Shown here: positions 26,757 through 53,288 of the stretch, piece by piece | Position numbering within the stretch: position 1 is the stretch's first letter | Layout: each line of letters starts with the position of its first letter | NCBI GenBank assembly: GCA_051362555.1 | Contig: CM120641.1 | Span: 33,300,401 to 33,364,400 of the forward strand | Length of the DNA stretch: 64,000 nucleotides | Source: Lingula anatina | Taxonomy: Eukaryota; Animalia; Brachiopoda | Reading direction: 5' to 3' | Notes under the pieces: generated by a model | Databases searched by the model: none | Told to the model about the DNA's origin: nothing | Seen by the model: only the letters and a program-made list of their open reading frames with translations | Position numbers and translations under genes: made by a program

Positions 26757-28378
26757 CTGTCACGTCACTCTGGTTTTGCAAAGTTACTGATAACTAAAGA
26801 TTGTCACCAACTAGCCGTTTGCTAAATTCACCCGTTTTTGAAACGGGTTACTCAGAACAAATTAACAAGAAGTCGTGACCTACAAAGTTAATTTTACCGG
26901 TCACTGTCTGCTGGTACAAAGCTCATCTTGAAGTTCTATTACAATTACCTCTATCATTGTTCTCATCTAAGGCCCCTTGTGTTATTTCTATGAGGTATAA
27001 ATATATTGCAACCAAGTTAACAACATTTTGTAACATTTTGTAACATTAACACTTTCACAACAATTCAGCACATTATGTAACCCAATACAAATAATTCTGG
27101 AAATTCTATTTATCTTACACTGCTGTACCTAACTGTACACTCCACTTGTCTAATAGAATATCATACCACATATTCTATTTGGCCTTTATCTTTTGGCCCT
27201 CCAAGCAAAATGCTAGAAATGCATTTTTTAAACATTTTCCCACAAGTATTCCACTTTGACACAAAAATACTACATTTGTCCTGTCCAAAAATAGCCCAAT
27301 TATGAAAGTTTTTAAAAAATCGCAAATATTTTTTGAAAATTAGAAATCAGACAAGTTTCTATTGGCTTCTTTTTATGCATATGCTTAACAGGGGCCCCAC
27401 CTTAAATTGTATATACAGTCTGACACGCCCATACAAATACATACATCAAGCTACATTGGACATTAAAAGGAAATGAAATGAAGAAAAAAAAAACAGTTAA
27501 TTTTTGTCAATTCTTTGCTGGTTTTTGTGGATATGGCTGGATATCACACCCATTGAGCTAATAACAAAATGAGTTTTGTGTGAGCAAACATTTATGCTAA
27601 TTAGCAAAGTGATCTATCCTGCTCTGTCAAGTTTGCTCTAAATGTGCAAACATTAATAACAGTAAAAAGTCCTGGGTGCAAAAAAACACAATATACCAGG
27701 CATGCAACATGTCAAATTCAATTACTTTTTGCTAGTTTAAACTAGTTAAATCGATTATTGAAGATTTCATTGCTGCAATTTCATTGCAGCAAGACTTTGT
27801 AGGGTTATGACCAGCTTATTGCATCAAATGGAAGGTATATCCTGATTATTTTCTTTTTCTCATGAAGATGCCTTATGTTGACAACATTCCCTAATAAAAT
27901 ATTCCCTTTAGACCCTAATTAATAAAGCTTAACTACTTCACACAGTCCACTGTCAAATTCTGCTAAGTTTCTCAAATAGCAACAGTTTTCAGTCTGCCAA
28001 CAGACAGCAGCAATTCCGATACAGTACACCCACAGATGAAACTACTGCCTCTCAATTCACCCAGAGTTTTCCATCAAGCAAATGGTGTCCCTGAATTCTC
28101 TTGCATAATTTTGGTTGTTCAGGTAGGAATGTGCTGAAAGCTCACACTCGGAAAACAATGCCACACCTACCACAAAGGTCTTCTAACAATTCTAACTCTA
28201 CCTATATGCACCATTATCAATTTATAAGAGAAGACTGACATAGCACTAAATTTTAACAATTCCATCCCATATTGTCTCCTGGTAGAGATCGCATTGTGTT
28301 AGGTGTGAATGTGTTGGGTGTGACATCTGGTTAGACACTGCATTGGGTGTGCCCTAGGTGAATCCTTCCATAGCACTG

Positions 28379-40342
<11,964 letters not shown>

Positions 40343-40964
40343 TTTGCTTCTTAATATTTGACCGACTTCGTCGATTCCGCGGGAAAGAGTCATGCACACA
40401 TTGGCTGGCGCAAAGCATGACGGGACATGGCTTTTGACCTGAAATTGATCGCCGTCCAAATAAGGAGCACGTGGATTTAAATGCCGGTCACACCTGTCAA
40501 AAAGTAAACACCGGTTGTGCGCATCCAGCTGAAAATTTTGAGGACAAGTAATTTGATTGTTGTTGTTGTTGCAGTAGTAATTCAGGTATGAGCTCAGTTG
40601 TAAAAACATGTTAGTGCTGCTTTTTTAATTCTAAATTTTATTCAGAAATCATTTACTGTTTAAACAGATATCGAGTCCCGGATTATTCCAGAAAAAACTC
40701 TATTTAAATAACTTTTTTGTTGAGGTGACTGTATAAACAATGGACCCATATGATAAAAGGATCAGCTTTTAATGTATGTTCAATTAAAAAATATTGAATC
40801 CCGTGAACTGGTTAAAATTTTGCACTCTGATAAACAAGCAATTAAAACTCATAGAATTTAAATACCTTATTGAGCTCTTGATTATGTATATAAAGTGTTT
40901 TACTACACACTCCTCAATAAGACCATGCGCTATTTTGGACGTCATCCATACTCTTCAGTCATTG

Positions 40965-40965
<1 letters not shown>

Positions 40966-41007
<42 letters not shown>

Positions 41008-41009
41008 TT
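40966..41009. repeat. (ATTT)n microsatellite
   Basis: Directly visible. Confidence 0.9.
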
Positions 41010-42370
41010 CAGTAGTTCTACGTTGTTTATGAAGTTGAAGAAGGTCTTAGCATTTTCATCATTATTTGAAAATCAATAGATTTTAAACTGATCTTTAATC
41101 ATTGGTAAAATATACAGTTAAAGACACGGCGAGCCTTTCAATAAACAGAAACAAAATATATGATTTAGAATGTAAATAGGCCTAGTAATGCAATTTTTAT
41201 TCAGTCAGAAATTCTAAATTAGCCATGCCTCACGCTTTCCTACCACTAAGCCATCGCCGTGTAAATCGGTCTATCAATTTCGCAAAACACGTTTTTTAAT
41301 TTTCATATTCAGATCCTTTTCAGAATGGATACCGAATATTTTTTTTCAAGACATAAAAACCCGCGAAGATGCCTCTTATTTTTGGGTTATTCTTTTCCTT
41401 TCAGTCATGAGAACTCTTTATCGATTAAAAAAGAAATATACATATAGTTAGATAGCCTTATGATATAGCTGCGCTAGTTGAGATGGGGAGTTAGTTCATA
41501 CTCTTCTCTGTCGCAATTTCTGTATTGTTTACAGTTGCTATGTGCAGAAAGCGTGCAGCTGAGCTGTCGTGATTTGAGGTGTCGGGTGACCAGGTAAGCT
41601 ATCCGATATTAATCTGCTCATAAAAGATGATGTTTCTATCAAAGTAAACCACAAGATCCACGGTTTAATATTGACGATGTCTGAGATTTGTGTTTAGAAA
41701 TTATCATGGCGTTAATTCATTACGTATGCGATATATAGGGTCTAATCGTATACCTAAACTTCAAAGAAAGGACGCATTTATTAATACGTCCGCTTTAACA
41801 AGTTTTGACAGAATTATATATCTTTTTTATACTCCCAAGCCTTTAATGAGCTGCTAATAGATAGATGTTAATATAATAAAAATGTTGGGAGAGAGACTCC
41901 TTCCCTCCCACCCAAACAAGTAAAGATACGTATACTGTGTGCTCTGTATCGCAAGTGACCGACTTTGCATTCAAATTATGGTAGATCAAAGCATATCTTC
42001 ATAATAGTTGAAGCAAAATTACAAACCCGTCTTATGCACAGCCTGGATGAAATGCGCTGATATGATACTCAAACTAATAAACCTGCATGTAGATGTTAGT
42101 TAATTATTGGAGACAGCCTGGGAAGGAAATGGACGGAGACATGGATTGATAGCGGAGACATGAATAACAAAACAACTACGGTGTGTGTGTGGGGAGGGGG
42201 GGGGGGGGAGGGGGGATTCGAAACTCGTTTCTTTTCATATTTATTCATATTCTGAATTATTCTGCCGATGGATTTCGTTTATTTCATCGTGATCTTTTAA
42301 AAATTACTTTTTTATGCTCCTGACAATTTTTTTTAGCAGTTTATATTGCGAGGATTGTAACTGAGTCCAT

Positions 42371-42600
42371 TTTATTACCTCCGCCAAGGAAGTTGTTTTC
42401 ACCCCTGTTTGTTTGTCTGTCATCAACATAACTCAAAAAGTTAAGGACCAAGGAACAGATGATTAGTTTCAGATTGATTAGTTTCAATAATCAATCAATA
42501 ATCAATAATAAAAAATATCGAAAATTTAGGGGTGAAACGGCATTGGGTGGAGACTTTGCTGCCTTGACGGAGGTCTGCGCTCTCGGAGTGCTTTTCTAGT
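42371..42600 (+). mobile_element. Non-autonomous Helentron/HINE (DINE-1-like) element
   Basis: 5' TTTATTACCTCCGCCAAGG, internal GTTT/GTCT microsatellite, subterminal inverted CCTTGACGGAGGT, short 3' hairpin GCGCTCTCGGAGTGC and CTAGT end. Confidence 0.75.
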
Positions 42601-45600
42601 TAATCTATTAAATTATCTAATTTGACCAAAAAGCTAAGGAAAGAAATTGAAGATTGCATCACAATATGATTGAAATATGAAAAAGACACAATAAGCTCGG
42701 TGGTTATGTGGTTTTTTGACAATACGAAATGCATGCTAGAATTTACATATTAAAGGTAACCTACACGGGGTTTTCCAGCCAAAATCGATTTTTCTCGAGG
42801 GAAAAAAACTTAATTTCTCCTATTCACGTTTCATTGCTGCACCCGCCCCTACACTTCAGTTCGATACTTTACATTTCTACATAATGAATTCTATACGAAA
42901 CAAAATTAAATGTTTTCCTGACATTTCACAAGAAAATAACGACTCCAGGAACCTCTACTGGACGTGTTTTATCTGAGTTAGGAAATATAAATAACTTCGA
43001 AGGAAAATTTCTTTTTAAACGCGCACTGGTTTAGTAGGCCAATAGCTATAAATTTTATGCGAATATGTGGAAGAAAATTTTTATTATTATTATTATTTCA
43101 AGCTGGTGCTTCTTTTGAAGCATGATATTTTAATAAATTAATATACGCTTATTAGACTTTAATATTAATAATATTAACAAGTTTTCAGTGAGAAAAAGTA
43201 ACATTTATTTACCGATATCATATTTTATCAATAAAGATGAAGAGGTTCACGCTGAGTCTTTCATGAAGAAATAATATCTTACATGTTTTTTTTTTCTGTA
43301 GCATAACACCCTCTAGATATGACGTCAACTTATCTCAGCTGGAGTAACCACAGATGGCGCCAGCAGCCAGAGGTAGATCGACTCCAACGTCACAGATTCG
43401 TTCAGCCCCACTCTGGCCGTCTGCCGAGTCTCAGCCCCTGGCAAATAGGAGACATGCACTACCAGATCGACCGCGGGGAGAAAGAAAGGGCCACTAAGAA
43501 TCTGTTTAATGCCAAGGCTGGACTCCCGCTCTGGCTCCTAAGGGAGCGAGAATTAACACACATCCGGGCCCCTGAAGGTCATGAACTTTACAGCCACTCC
43601 CTCTCAGGGCACAACAACCCGAAGTTTTCCATTAATTCTGGACGTGAACTACCACAACTTAGTCCTTATAGAAACAGCTCATTTAGGACATTAGAATCTC
43701 AGAAAGCGTTGCTCAAACATAAGTATGTCTCGCAGGAAAGGCGGAGAATGGCTGTAAGGGGGACCTATTGTTAATGCGTGACGTCATCTGGATCGTACAT
43801 TATTCATTTTACGTCATTTTATGACGTCATCATGAACAAACTGAAAGTGCTCATTTTTATACCATTTGGCTTGCATTAACCCATGGTGGTCGTATTTGAG
43901 GTACTCTAATATAGCCACATAACTCGGGCCAATCACATCTGCAGGTACCCCGGTGCGACACCACAAACACTGTGTGAAGGATGTAAAATTAAGGGAGAAC
44001 TACGCAGTTTTAGTCCTTGTATTGGTTACATTGAAATAACCGTTCTAGAGGGGGCGACATTTCAGCTTTCCAGAGACCCAAGACGAAAAAATTAACTCAG
44101 TTTACTGGGATATGTATAGTTGTGAGAACTGTGCTGTGATTAACTAGAGACAAACGCCCAACGGATATTCAACCTGAAAAGTCCAATCTTAAGTATCTTT
44201 GATACAGTATGTTTGTGCTTTTTAAATTAAAATTACATTAAAATTGTTCAAATACGTCTTTTGCATACATCGTTTTATGGCCTTTCAATATAAACATGCT
44301 TTCAAACACACTTTTTGAGTTTTTTGATGCCTTTGTTATAATTTTTACATCGTTCAGTACATGAAAAAAATCAATCCAGGTATGGATGATAATGCTGAAG
44401 TTTTCTTCTGTGGAGTAATAGAAACTTTAAAAATCTATTCATTTCTTCTATGAAAAAATGATGTGCAAAATAAACGATTGAAAATGGATATAGGACCTTA
44501 ACTGAAAACAATTATAATAACAAGTTTATTATTAAGCTTCATATATAGCAAAAGTGCGTCACTACGAGATAAACCGTGAGAATCACTTGACACTAGCGTA
44601 ACCTGACTGTGATCCAAACGTGACCTCTCCGTACTCCCCGTAGCATAATATACTTTTGAGAACATGTCCCCTCGACACATAACGCCATCCCTGATAATGT
44701 AGGTTTGATTTAATAAAAGAATATAATGTGTGCATTCTACTACTACAAGCACAGTGGTATACTCTGGCTGTTACCGTCACCTGGTTGGTTTTACTACATC
44801 GGAATATTTTAACTTTTTTACCTACGCATATCTTTACGTTTTAGAAATCAAATCAAAATCAGACATGAAAGTTCGTTTCTTCGCGTTTATTGGGAAGAGA
44901 TGGGGTATCAGTTCTTTCTATCAATTAGATAGCACATTTCCGGAGCTATGTTTGTTACTAGAGCTACGCATGGGAAAATACGCCTGTCTCCTTAGTGGGA
45001 AACCGCCCTATATGTACACTGAATCAAAATTAAATCACTTTTTATCACCTAATTATTTTATATTACGCTATTTATAAGTGAATTTAGGCAATTGAAGTTA
45101 TTGAAATTGTTCACAATTTTACATACTCTTTAATCGCGAAATTAACAACCCGACTTCAAGCAACTGTATAAAAAGTGCTGCAATACCGAGGAATATACGA
45201 ATATCTATGACACATAATTCATATTCATGTTTAATGACATAATAGAGTGGCCTCAATAAACCCCGGAGTTACCAAGTCAAAGGAAAGTTAATGTCAAAGG
45301 TGCAGGTATGTAAAATACTTCATAGCCCTAGGGACCGCAGTCTCAGCCAAGTAAAAGATGCCGTTTTTTGGTGGTTCGGGCACTGATTAGTTCTCTAGGG
45401 GTTAATTATCCCAGGTAATTAATGCATGTAATGCCGGTATCCGTGGTTGGTTTAAACGAAGAGGTAAACAGCGAAAAGACGGTCTTTTCATTGCTCAGTC
45501 GGTATGTGTGGATGGACGGATTGAAACAGGTAACTTTGAACAGTTTATCTTATTTCCGTCCTTAAATATCATTTATCGACTCATTTGTAGCGTTCTAGAT

Positions 45601-45958
45601 ATAACTTCTATTTAAATGGGGCAACTCTTACATTTGAAAGGTTTTAATGAACTTTCTTCAGATGCTCCATTCAGATCAGTTAAATTTGTTTGAAAATCGA
45701 TTTATCGTTCTGAATCAGATGTAAGGAAGTTTTAGATACTTCTTTCTATATGTTCTGTGTATGCGGCGTATCCAGGTAGTCATGGATCTCAGTCATTACT
45801 GATTTATAGCCACAACTGACTGATTTTGTATCATTTCAATGCGAGGGTAAGGCATATGCATCATGCATGTAAGAAGTCTTTCTGTCTATAAATCTTTCTT
45901 TCAGTTCAGTCGGTTGGTTCTAATGGTGTTTTACGTTGTTTGCAAACTATTCGAAACC

Positions 45959-47192
45959 ATGGCGCGAGGAGATATACTTGTAACTGCATTCACAGCTATA
46001 TTGTTGGTAAGAATTATCATTTCTCGAGGAATGTGCTCGTTTATTTCGAATATGGTCAAGCAGTGTGTTAATAGTTGGTGCTTGTGTGTGCGTGTTTATG
46101 GCAGTGTATATGGCACTGTTAAACATGGTAGATCTATTCTATCTGATTGCATTATCCAGAAACTCTAGGTTTGAAATTCTGGGAATACATAAATAAGATT
46201 ATGGTAACCATGTACGACAGCCAACAACATTACGAAAACAATCACTGTATGTATTTGATATGGGGATGACCGTGGCGGTGACTAGCGCTTATTGATGGAT
46301 TTGGTGCTGCTGTTGGTGTGCGATACGTTTTCTCTTTTTTATTTAAGCAAAACCAAACCGTCTTTTTGTGCTTTTTGGTAGATCTGTAGAACTTAACTGC
46401 TTTTTCAACATAACCTTCACCCAAGCAATTTTACCTTTGCGTAGGATCAACACATGTTTAACACCATGCGAAAAGTGTACACTTTCCCCTGCTATTTGAC
46501 TGCAGTTTATGTTTGTCTATTCATTCAAAATATTGGGAAAAAACTAAACCACATTCCTCTCCCTTTCTCTCTTTTATTTTATAATGAGGGATACGCTAAG
46601 CATCCTATGGATTTTAAGCAAATTTTCAGTAATACAAATTATGTTTGAGAGGTTTTGTGTCTCTGTTGCAACAGATGATGTGGACAAGTCGCGCCACGGA
46701 AGTCGATGTTGGAACCGCGCGTAAGGTAAGTTACAAAGGATTTACCTACAGTTTAATCATTTTATGTTTTATATAGTAGCTTGACAATCCATGTACCTGT
46801 GCCTTTCCTTGCATAATGAATGTCGGCCTATCTGTCCCGCTTTTTTCAACTACTTGCCTTCGGTGCTTCCCTTCAGTATTTCCCACATCGATGTATGTAT
46901 CAGCGCTAGCAGCGACACAATTGAATACCTCATGTCTTATTCCTTAGTATTCGTCTTTGTAGCTATGCCAAGCTGGGGCAGAAGTCATTGCACCGAGAGG
47001 TAAGTGATCAATTTTTTCATTTCTGTACTTTTTATAAGATTTTCATGTTAATATTAGCACTAGAGACGGTGCTTGACAGTTCTTGCATGATACGTGTTCT
47101 AGATTTAGCCTGAAATACGATACGATATTATTGTGCAAGAATTCAACCAGCTAAATTATCTTTTAAATTTTATGACGTCTCTCTTTCTCCCC

Positions 47193-47229
<37 letters not shown>

Positions 47230-49763
47230 GCGCGCCCACATTTTCGATACTTTCATAATGACGTTGAAGTAAAATATATCAAGTAGATCGTTGTCTAAAT
47301 CAAAGAAATCGAAAATACAATGATCCCGCCTTACCCTAGCCCCACAAAACATAAGAAGGATATGTATTTGTTTATGCTTGCAGCCTCGTTTTCCTGTTCA
47401 CGCAATCCGGACGAGCTAGTAGTGTCAGTGACGGACAGCGAGGACGTGACCATCCGCGCCGTGTACGTGCAGGGAAAACGATCCATAGAGAACTGCGTAG
47501 CCAAGGAAGGGAATGGCTCAATCTATAACCCGCATAAACTGGTCCTGAACGCTTCCTTTCAGAACGAGTGTGGCATCATGGTAAGGGTTTTTAACATTTT
47601 TATTATTTTTTTAACTATCGTCACGGCATTAATTATCTATTTGAAATCTAGGGTGGATGTTCTGTTATATGAATAGCGACTCTTGTACGACGATTAACTC
47701 TTTTAAGTTAAACACTTTTTTAAAAATTGTATTAGGTATAATCAGATATGACAGCACAGGGGGCTAAACCTGCATTGCTTTAGTCCTTTTCTTTAACCAA
47801 GCTATACTGTTTCCACAGGGTGACGGCATGCCTGAAACCCCATACACAGTTACCGTCCTCGCGGTCCGCAGTCCGAAGATAGAGACATCGCACGACTACG
47901 CCTTTCTGCTCTCCTGTGAAACCGTGACAACCACACAGACCGTGATGAGGGAAGGAATGTCCATACAGAGGCTGTAAGTACTGCAAAGAACAAAAAATTG
48001 CATTTTGTGTAACAGCATTGTGTTTGGTGTGGCACCATTGTGTTTGGTGTGACTGAGTGGTGTAGAAGTCGGGTGTTTGCTGCGCAAGTGCGAGTGGATT
48101 TTTTTCGATGATTCAATTATTTCTTGGCAAATTCCACCCTCCTCTTAAAAAAAAGTTTTTTTTTTGCTGTACTGAAGTATAAATAAAGCGGCCTGTAGTA
48201 GACGCTTAGGAGTAGTTTTCATCCTCTCCCATTCAGCTCTTAATCAGTCTTCCACGAGAAAGAAAGAAAAAGTCAAATGTCAATTTTGTGTAGAGATTTT
48301 ATAAATAGAAACTAACACACTAATCAAACTCATACATATTCATAAGTTAAAATAATTATTTTAGGCAATATATCCAAGAGGCAGCTAATAAAATCTCAGA
48401 GCAGGTGAAGATGGATCTGGTAGACATGACAGTTAACGCAAGCGGTCTTCCCTTTGATGAACCTGTCATCTCCTGTGTTATGGGACGACCAGTGGCTATA
48501 CGCATCACACTAACGCCCTCTGGTAGTAGGTATATTATTATGTTATATAGAAAGTGGCGCCAATTGCCCGTATGATCACAAAATGAACACACAAAATCAT
48601 TTTTTTATTTATTGCCTCCATATTTCAGCTATCGCATTACAGATAATTACCCCGTTTTTCGTAAAAGGTTATTCCGATCACCAACGTTCTCTTGAAAATG
48701 TTTTTCGTTATTGCGTGCTTTTTGCAGATGCCAAAGGTATCCACCCCATCAGCTGCGTTATAGCCCCAAGTATCTCCAAGCGGTCATATCTACAGCTGCT
48801 TCAAAATAGGTAAACAATGCAGACATACATCGATCTCCCACTCATTACTCAATCACAGATATCACTAGGTTTAACAAAAGGGCAAGCCTCTTACATTAAC
48901 ATATAATAACCAACTCAATGTCAAAATGATAAAAAGAAAGAAAGAAAGAAAGTGAGGTTCTTCACATTGAAACAAAATACGCGTCACCAACTAAAAACTC
49001 AATTGTTCTTTTCCTTTTAGCTGCCCTATTACAGACAATCCACCAGCAGCTGTACTTGTGACAGGGTTTTCTCAGCATCACACGGATCCAACCCTAGATG
49101 GAGCCATCATACAGTCAGGCACGTTTGAATGTTTTCGGTTCCCAGATGTAAACACGCTGCATATCGAATGCGAGGTGGACTTTTGTCCAGATGCAGAAAA
49201 TCTAAAATGTACCCATGTAAGAAATATTTTTTATTTGTTTTATTTGCTTTTTTTTTCATTTATTTATTTTAATGTGTATATTTACCGGATTTATGGTATC
49301 ATTTATTACTTAGAAAAATTAACGCAGACCATGTTTAGAGTGGTATGCATTAAACAGTAGGTCACGATAGTGATATGATAGTCACCGGTTAGTGATATCA
49401 TTATCCAGTAAAAAAAGGATAGTTTTGTGTTGGAAATAATAATAAAAAATTTCACGAATTAGGCGCCGGACTGCCCTTTTGAGGCTGCAGTTAGTCGTCG
49501 GCGTAGGTCAGCTACTAACTACACTGACCACTCCACCATTGGTGCTACCATCCTGGTTCAGACTCTTCCCGAAGTCCTACACTCAGGAAAATCAGGTGCA
49601 TTATCTTTGTTATTTTATGTTTAATATGGCAAAATAATAATTAAAAAATCAAAAACCAGCTGTGCTTTTTAAATTCACATGGTTAGCGCTAGACTTCAGA
49701 TTAAGGCATATAAAAGTGTTCATTTGGAAAGTTGCCAACTGTTGTTGGGGGTGCATTCTTAGT

Positions 49764-49806
<43 letters not shown>

Positions 49807-50320
49807 GTGGATATGAACACAAACCAGAAATTTGATTAACAAAATACATAGAAGCATTTTACGGGACATATTGGTAATATATGTGACTTCAGTTTTCAGT
49901 TCTATTGATAAATTCCTACGGATTATCTTGTAAGGATGACTGCTTTTATTTGCCAATTTCTGGGATCATAGAGAGGTGCATAAAAAAGTTGAAAATTAAA
50001 CTGAGAAAACTAAACTATTTGAGCAACAGTATAGTATCTTTATTATTGACATTTTTTATATTCTCATAAGAAACAAACCTGTTTAACAACCCCTGTGTTC
50101 TTTTCCAGACTCGGGAGCAGTTGAGAGTAGCATTAGAAGTTGTATACAGAACATAGGTTTCATGGTGTTACTGGTGATCTTGGTGGTGCTGTGCGTGGTG
50201 TCAGTCTGCGTGACAGCTGTGTTCTGTTGGAGGGCGTGGCGTTATTCTATAACTGACCAATCAAATTTGGAGAGAAGAAAGAAACTGGAGCGGGAAGGGA
50301 TTGCTAACATCGCCTTCTAA
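45959..50320 (+). CDS. Zona pellucida (ZP) domain type I membrane precursor
   Basis: Exons 45959-46006, 46675-46720/46725 and/or 46963-46999, 47384-47580, 47819-47973, 48365-48522, 48728-48809, 49021-49216, 49463-49595 and 50109-50320. Signal peptide, ZP-N Cys pattern (SFSC...ENC...NECG...LSC), ZP-C motifs (NSCP; TFECFRFPDVNTLHIECEVDFC), furin site RRRRS, TM FMVLLVILVVLCVVSVCVTAVFC and a short tail. Confidence 0.85.
49764..49805. repeat. Poly-G homopolymer (about 40 nt), intronic
   Basis: Directly visible. Confidence 0.9.
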
Positions 50321-52080
50321 ACAGTCTCAGTATAATATTATCTGTTATCATAAATTGAACTGACGTACTCCCTCTCTTTAAGAAGTTACTTTAAGGAACT
50401 GTTTGTGGGATTTTGTCGGAAAAAAAACATCCCCATCGACAATATCAATATACCTTTTAAACATCACTGCATCAAGGTAAAGTGTACACGGGAGCAAAAA
50501 CACTACATGAAACAGGTTATCGATACTTTTCTTTCAATGCCCAATCTAAATTTTCCTCTATACATTCAAAACACTTTAGGGGCTATTGGACCGCATTCTT
50601 AAAATCATTTATTATATATGAATTGTCTCGACGGAAACTTAATACTATTTTCGCCAATAGATTTCTCCTCTTGATCTTGAATGTCGATATTTTTACTTTT
50701 GGTGTCAAAGGTGACATATTTAGGTCGTGGAACGGTAAACCATCATGGAACTAAATTTGTTTAAATCTAAAACATCACTAACTTTGGTAGTACACGATTT
50801 TAAAAAAGAAATCAAGAATACAACATCCCACAAACGGTCTAATTCAGATTTTCATTGTGCGATAAGTGTTCTTCGATAATCTCTCACGGAGAATGAAGGA
50901 CAGAGATTCGAACCCCATCTGTGTAAATGTGCTTAGGAATCACTCCCATTTAGATTGCTATTTCAAGTTTTGAATACTTTACAGCCATTTTTGAAATCAA
51001 TTATTGTTATCGGTTAACTTTTAAGATGTTGAAATATATATGCATATTTGTCAGCGATTGTTACAATTAATTGCCCGCATATATCCTAATGGTCAAGTCG
51101 TTAATAACAACACGCAGTATTTCAGTTATGTCAGTTTTGCCTAATGCGGTCTTTGGCATAGACTCTTGATTTCAACCTTCTTTATATGAAATATAAACCA
51201 TGAATAAGAGCGTCATCATAATGCACAGTGTATAACGTGCAAAATAATAAAAAGATTGCATTTAAGGGTCCGTCTTCAGGGGTGAGGCTTAAAACCTATA
51301 TAGGATAAACTGAGAATAGTGAATACGTTTTTTTTCTTTTTTTTGTGCCAGAGAGACGAACTTCCATTAAGTGAACAAGAGTCCAATATCAACAAATTGG
51401 TAATTGGTTTTTAATATAATGAAAGATGCTATTCATCTTCGTATTTTTACGGAGACTCCATTGTGTAGTTCATGTTTAGTTGTTCTAATGAGACATTTAA
51501 TAAACACAGCTTATATCCAACTGTGACGTACGTTTTTCACTGGAGGGTGGGCAGTATTTCTGACAGCTTGTATTCTTGCATAAAGGGGAGTCGACATTGT
51601 CTTACCAGAACGAAGTTCACTTCTTCAGTCTCTTTCATGTCCCATAAAAACTTCCTTTTCAAAAAAGAGTTATCTAATATTACGCCAGACCGACACTGTT
51701 TAACAAAGTGATATAAAGCGATGGATAAACACAGAATACAAAAATACATAAGAATTGCAAATAATTTATTAAAATCTAACTTCTGTCAAGAAGTTTAAGC
51801 TTATTTGAATGAGAATATAAGTTACAACAAACAATCTAAAAAGACAACTCATTTTTTGGAAACCTAATAAAAAACTTTCATCAGAAGTCTTGCTTGATGC
51901 TTTTGTTTATTTTTTCTTCAGAAAAAAAAAAAAAAAACTTTCGTAAACTAAGGTAAATAACACTAAAACCTTAGACATCTTAAAGCTAGCTAAGAACATT
52001 GTTAAAAACTTCACACATGAACAATGGGATTTTGATCTAATTAATGAAACAGCCCATATATAACTTCACGATCTAAGACA

Positions 52081-52935
52081 TCACTGAATGGGAGCGTCAC
52101 ATCCAATAAGCCGTCTTACATAGGTGGCGTATTGGTCTCCGTAAGTTTTCTGGCACAGGCCGAGAACATGAACTTTGACCTGATCTGACCAAGCGAGAAC
52201 CTGTTTATGACAACGTTCAAAATGCTCTCTGTATTCTTCCACGCTCTGGCCGGCCACTAATTGAAGCGCGTGCGGGTTTACGGCGCCAGGACTTATTTTG
52301 GCAAACATAACTTTCCTGGACGATTTCAAGATTTTCCCTAGTCCTGACATATCAAGGTGAGCCATGGCTTGCTGGACCTTGAAAAGAGAAGGGGTGGGAT
52401 CGCTAAAAACTTTTAAAAGCGAAAGCAAATATAAAGGGCCTTTTCGTATATTTTAATATAAAAATTTTTAATTAAAAAAATTTGTAAAAATGTATACATG
52501 CTAACTTACTTTAACTTTTTTTTTCTTATTTTACTTTTTCCTTTTTACAACAGCAATTCAAATATTTTATCTTTATTATCTGAAATAAATTTTATGGACC
52601 ACTTCACTTTTTCAAAATAACGTTACCTCTGGGGCAGTGTACATTCGCCCCGTGCGACAGGAGGAAAATGTCCTCTGTAACCCTCGCACCGACACCAGCG
52701 GGCCGCTGAATTTCAGGATACGTAAAGTGAGAAAGTTCAGACTCTCGTCCGTCAATGGCTTGGTGTCGGGGTGAAAAGTCAGAGTTTCCGGGTGGTCTGC
52801 CCCTGCCAATTCTGCTCCTCCGTACTGGACTGTATTTGCTGTTGATGACGGCATGAACATTTCAGCTGGCGTGGGCATATCGTTTCGACGACACGGGAAG
52901 AGCGGTGGGTGGGCGTGTCTGCTTGATATTTGAAG
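52081..52935 (-). CDS. Two-exon terminal module (52935-52627 + 52377-52081), putative winged-helix-like domain; most distal 3' end of a gene that starts outside the window
   Basis: Acceptor ttttcccttttag|CTT, donor GAG|gtaacg, acceptor cttttcaag|GTC, all phase 0. Product ...LRILKFSGPLVSVRGLQRTF...TAPEVQQAMAHLDMSGLGKIL...VMFAKISP...SVEEYREHF. AATAAA at 51770-51765. The fold assignment is inference. Confidence 0.65.
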
Positions 52936-53288
52936 CTAAAAGGGAAAAATACATCTTGGTGATCTGTTGAGTTATATATTATGAACACATATCACATCGA
53001 TATCATGATGCCCTGTGTTAATATGTATGGCAAGTGAGTTAACGTGTAGAATCGGTTTCGGAGTTAACTTAAACCGCTTGTCAAGTAATTATTTTTTTCA
53101 GTTGAAATAATTTTACTTTTTTCATTGTCAAAAATGGATATGTAATATCAAAGATAAAATGCATATAATTATGACTGATTCAGCCTCAAATTTCATTGGC
53201 AACACCATTTTGGCGGGAGAAGTGCCAAAAAACGGACTTTGATGGGGTAAACAAAATTTTCCCCATACTTTATAACGGTAAATGAATC

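Noticed and set aside
40343-40609. In-frame N-terminal extension of SUZ12 in the ORF track
   Set aside because: No recognisable SUZ12 similarity. ATG 40342 has good context (CAAAATG), so this is more likely 5' UTR or promoter.
41222-41260. tRNA-like A-box (TGGCTTAGTGG on the minus strand)
   Set aside because: No B-box or cloverleaf. At most a SINE head fragment.
43319-43774. 151-aa ORF
   Set aside because: No recognisable domain or splice structure. It lies in a GC-richer, probably repeat-derived island.
43993-44497. Kolobok-like TTAA-flanked element
   Set aside because: TTAA is present on both sides, but the terminal inverted repeats are too weak to support a call.
49649-49956. Poly-proline ORFs
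   Set aside because: Translation of the intronic poly-G run.
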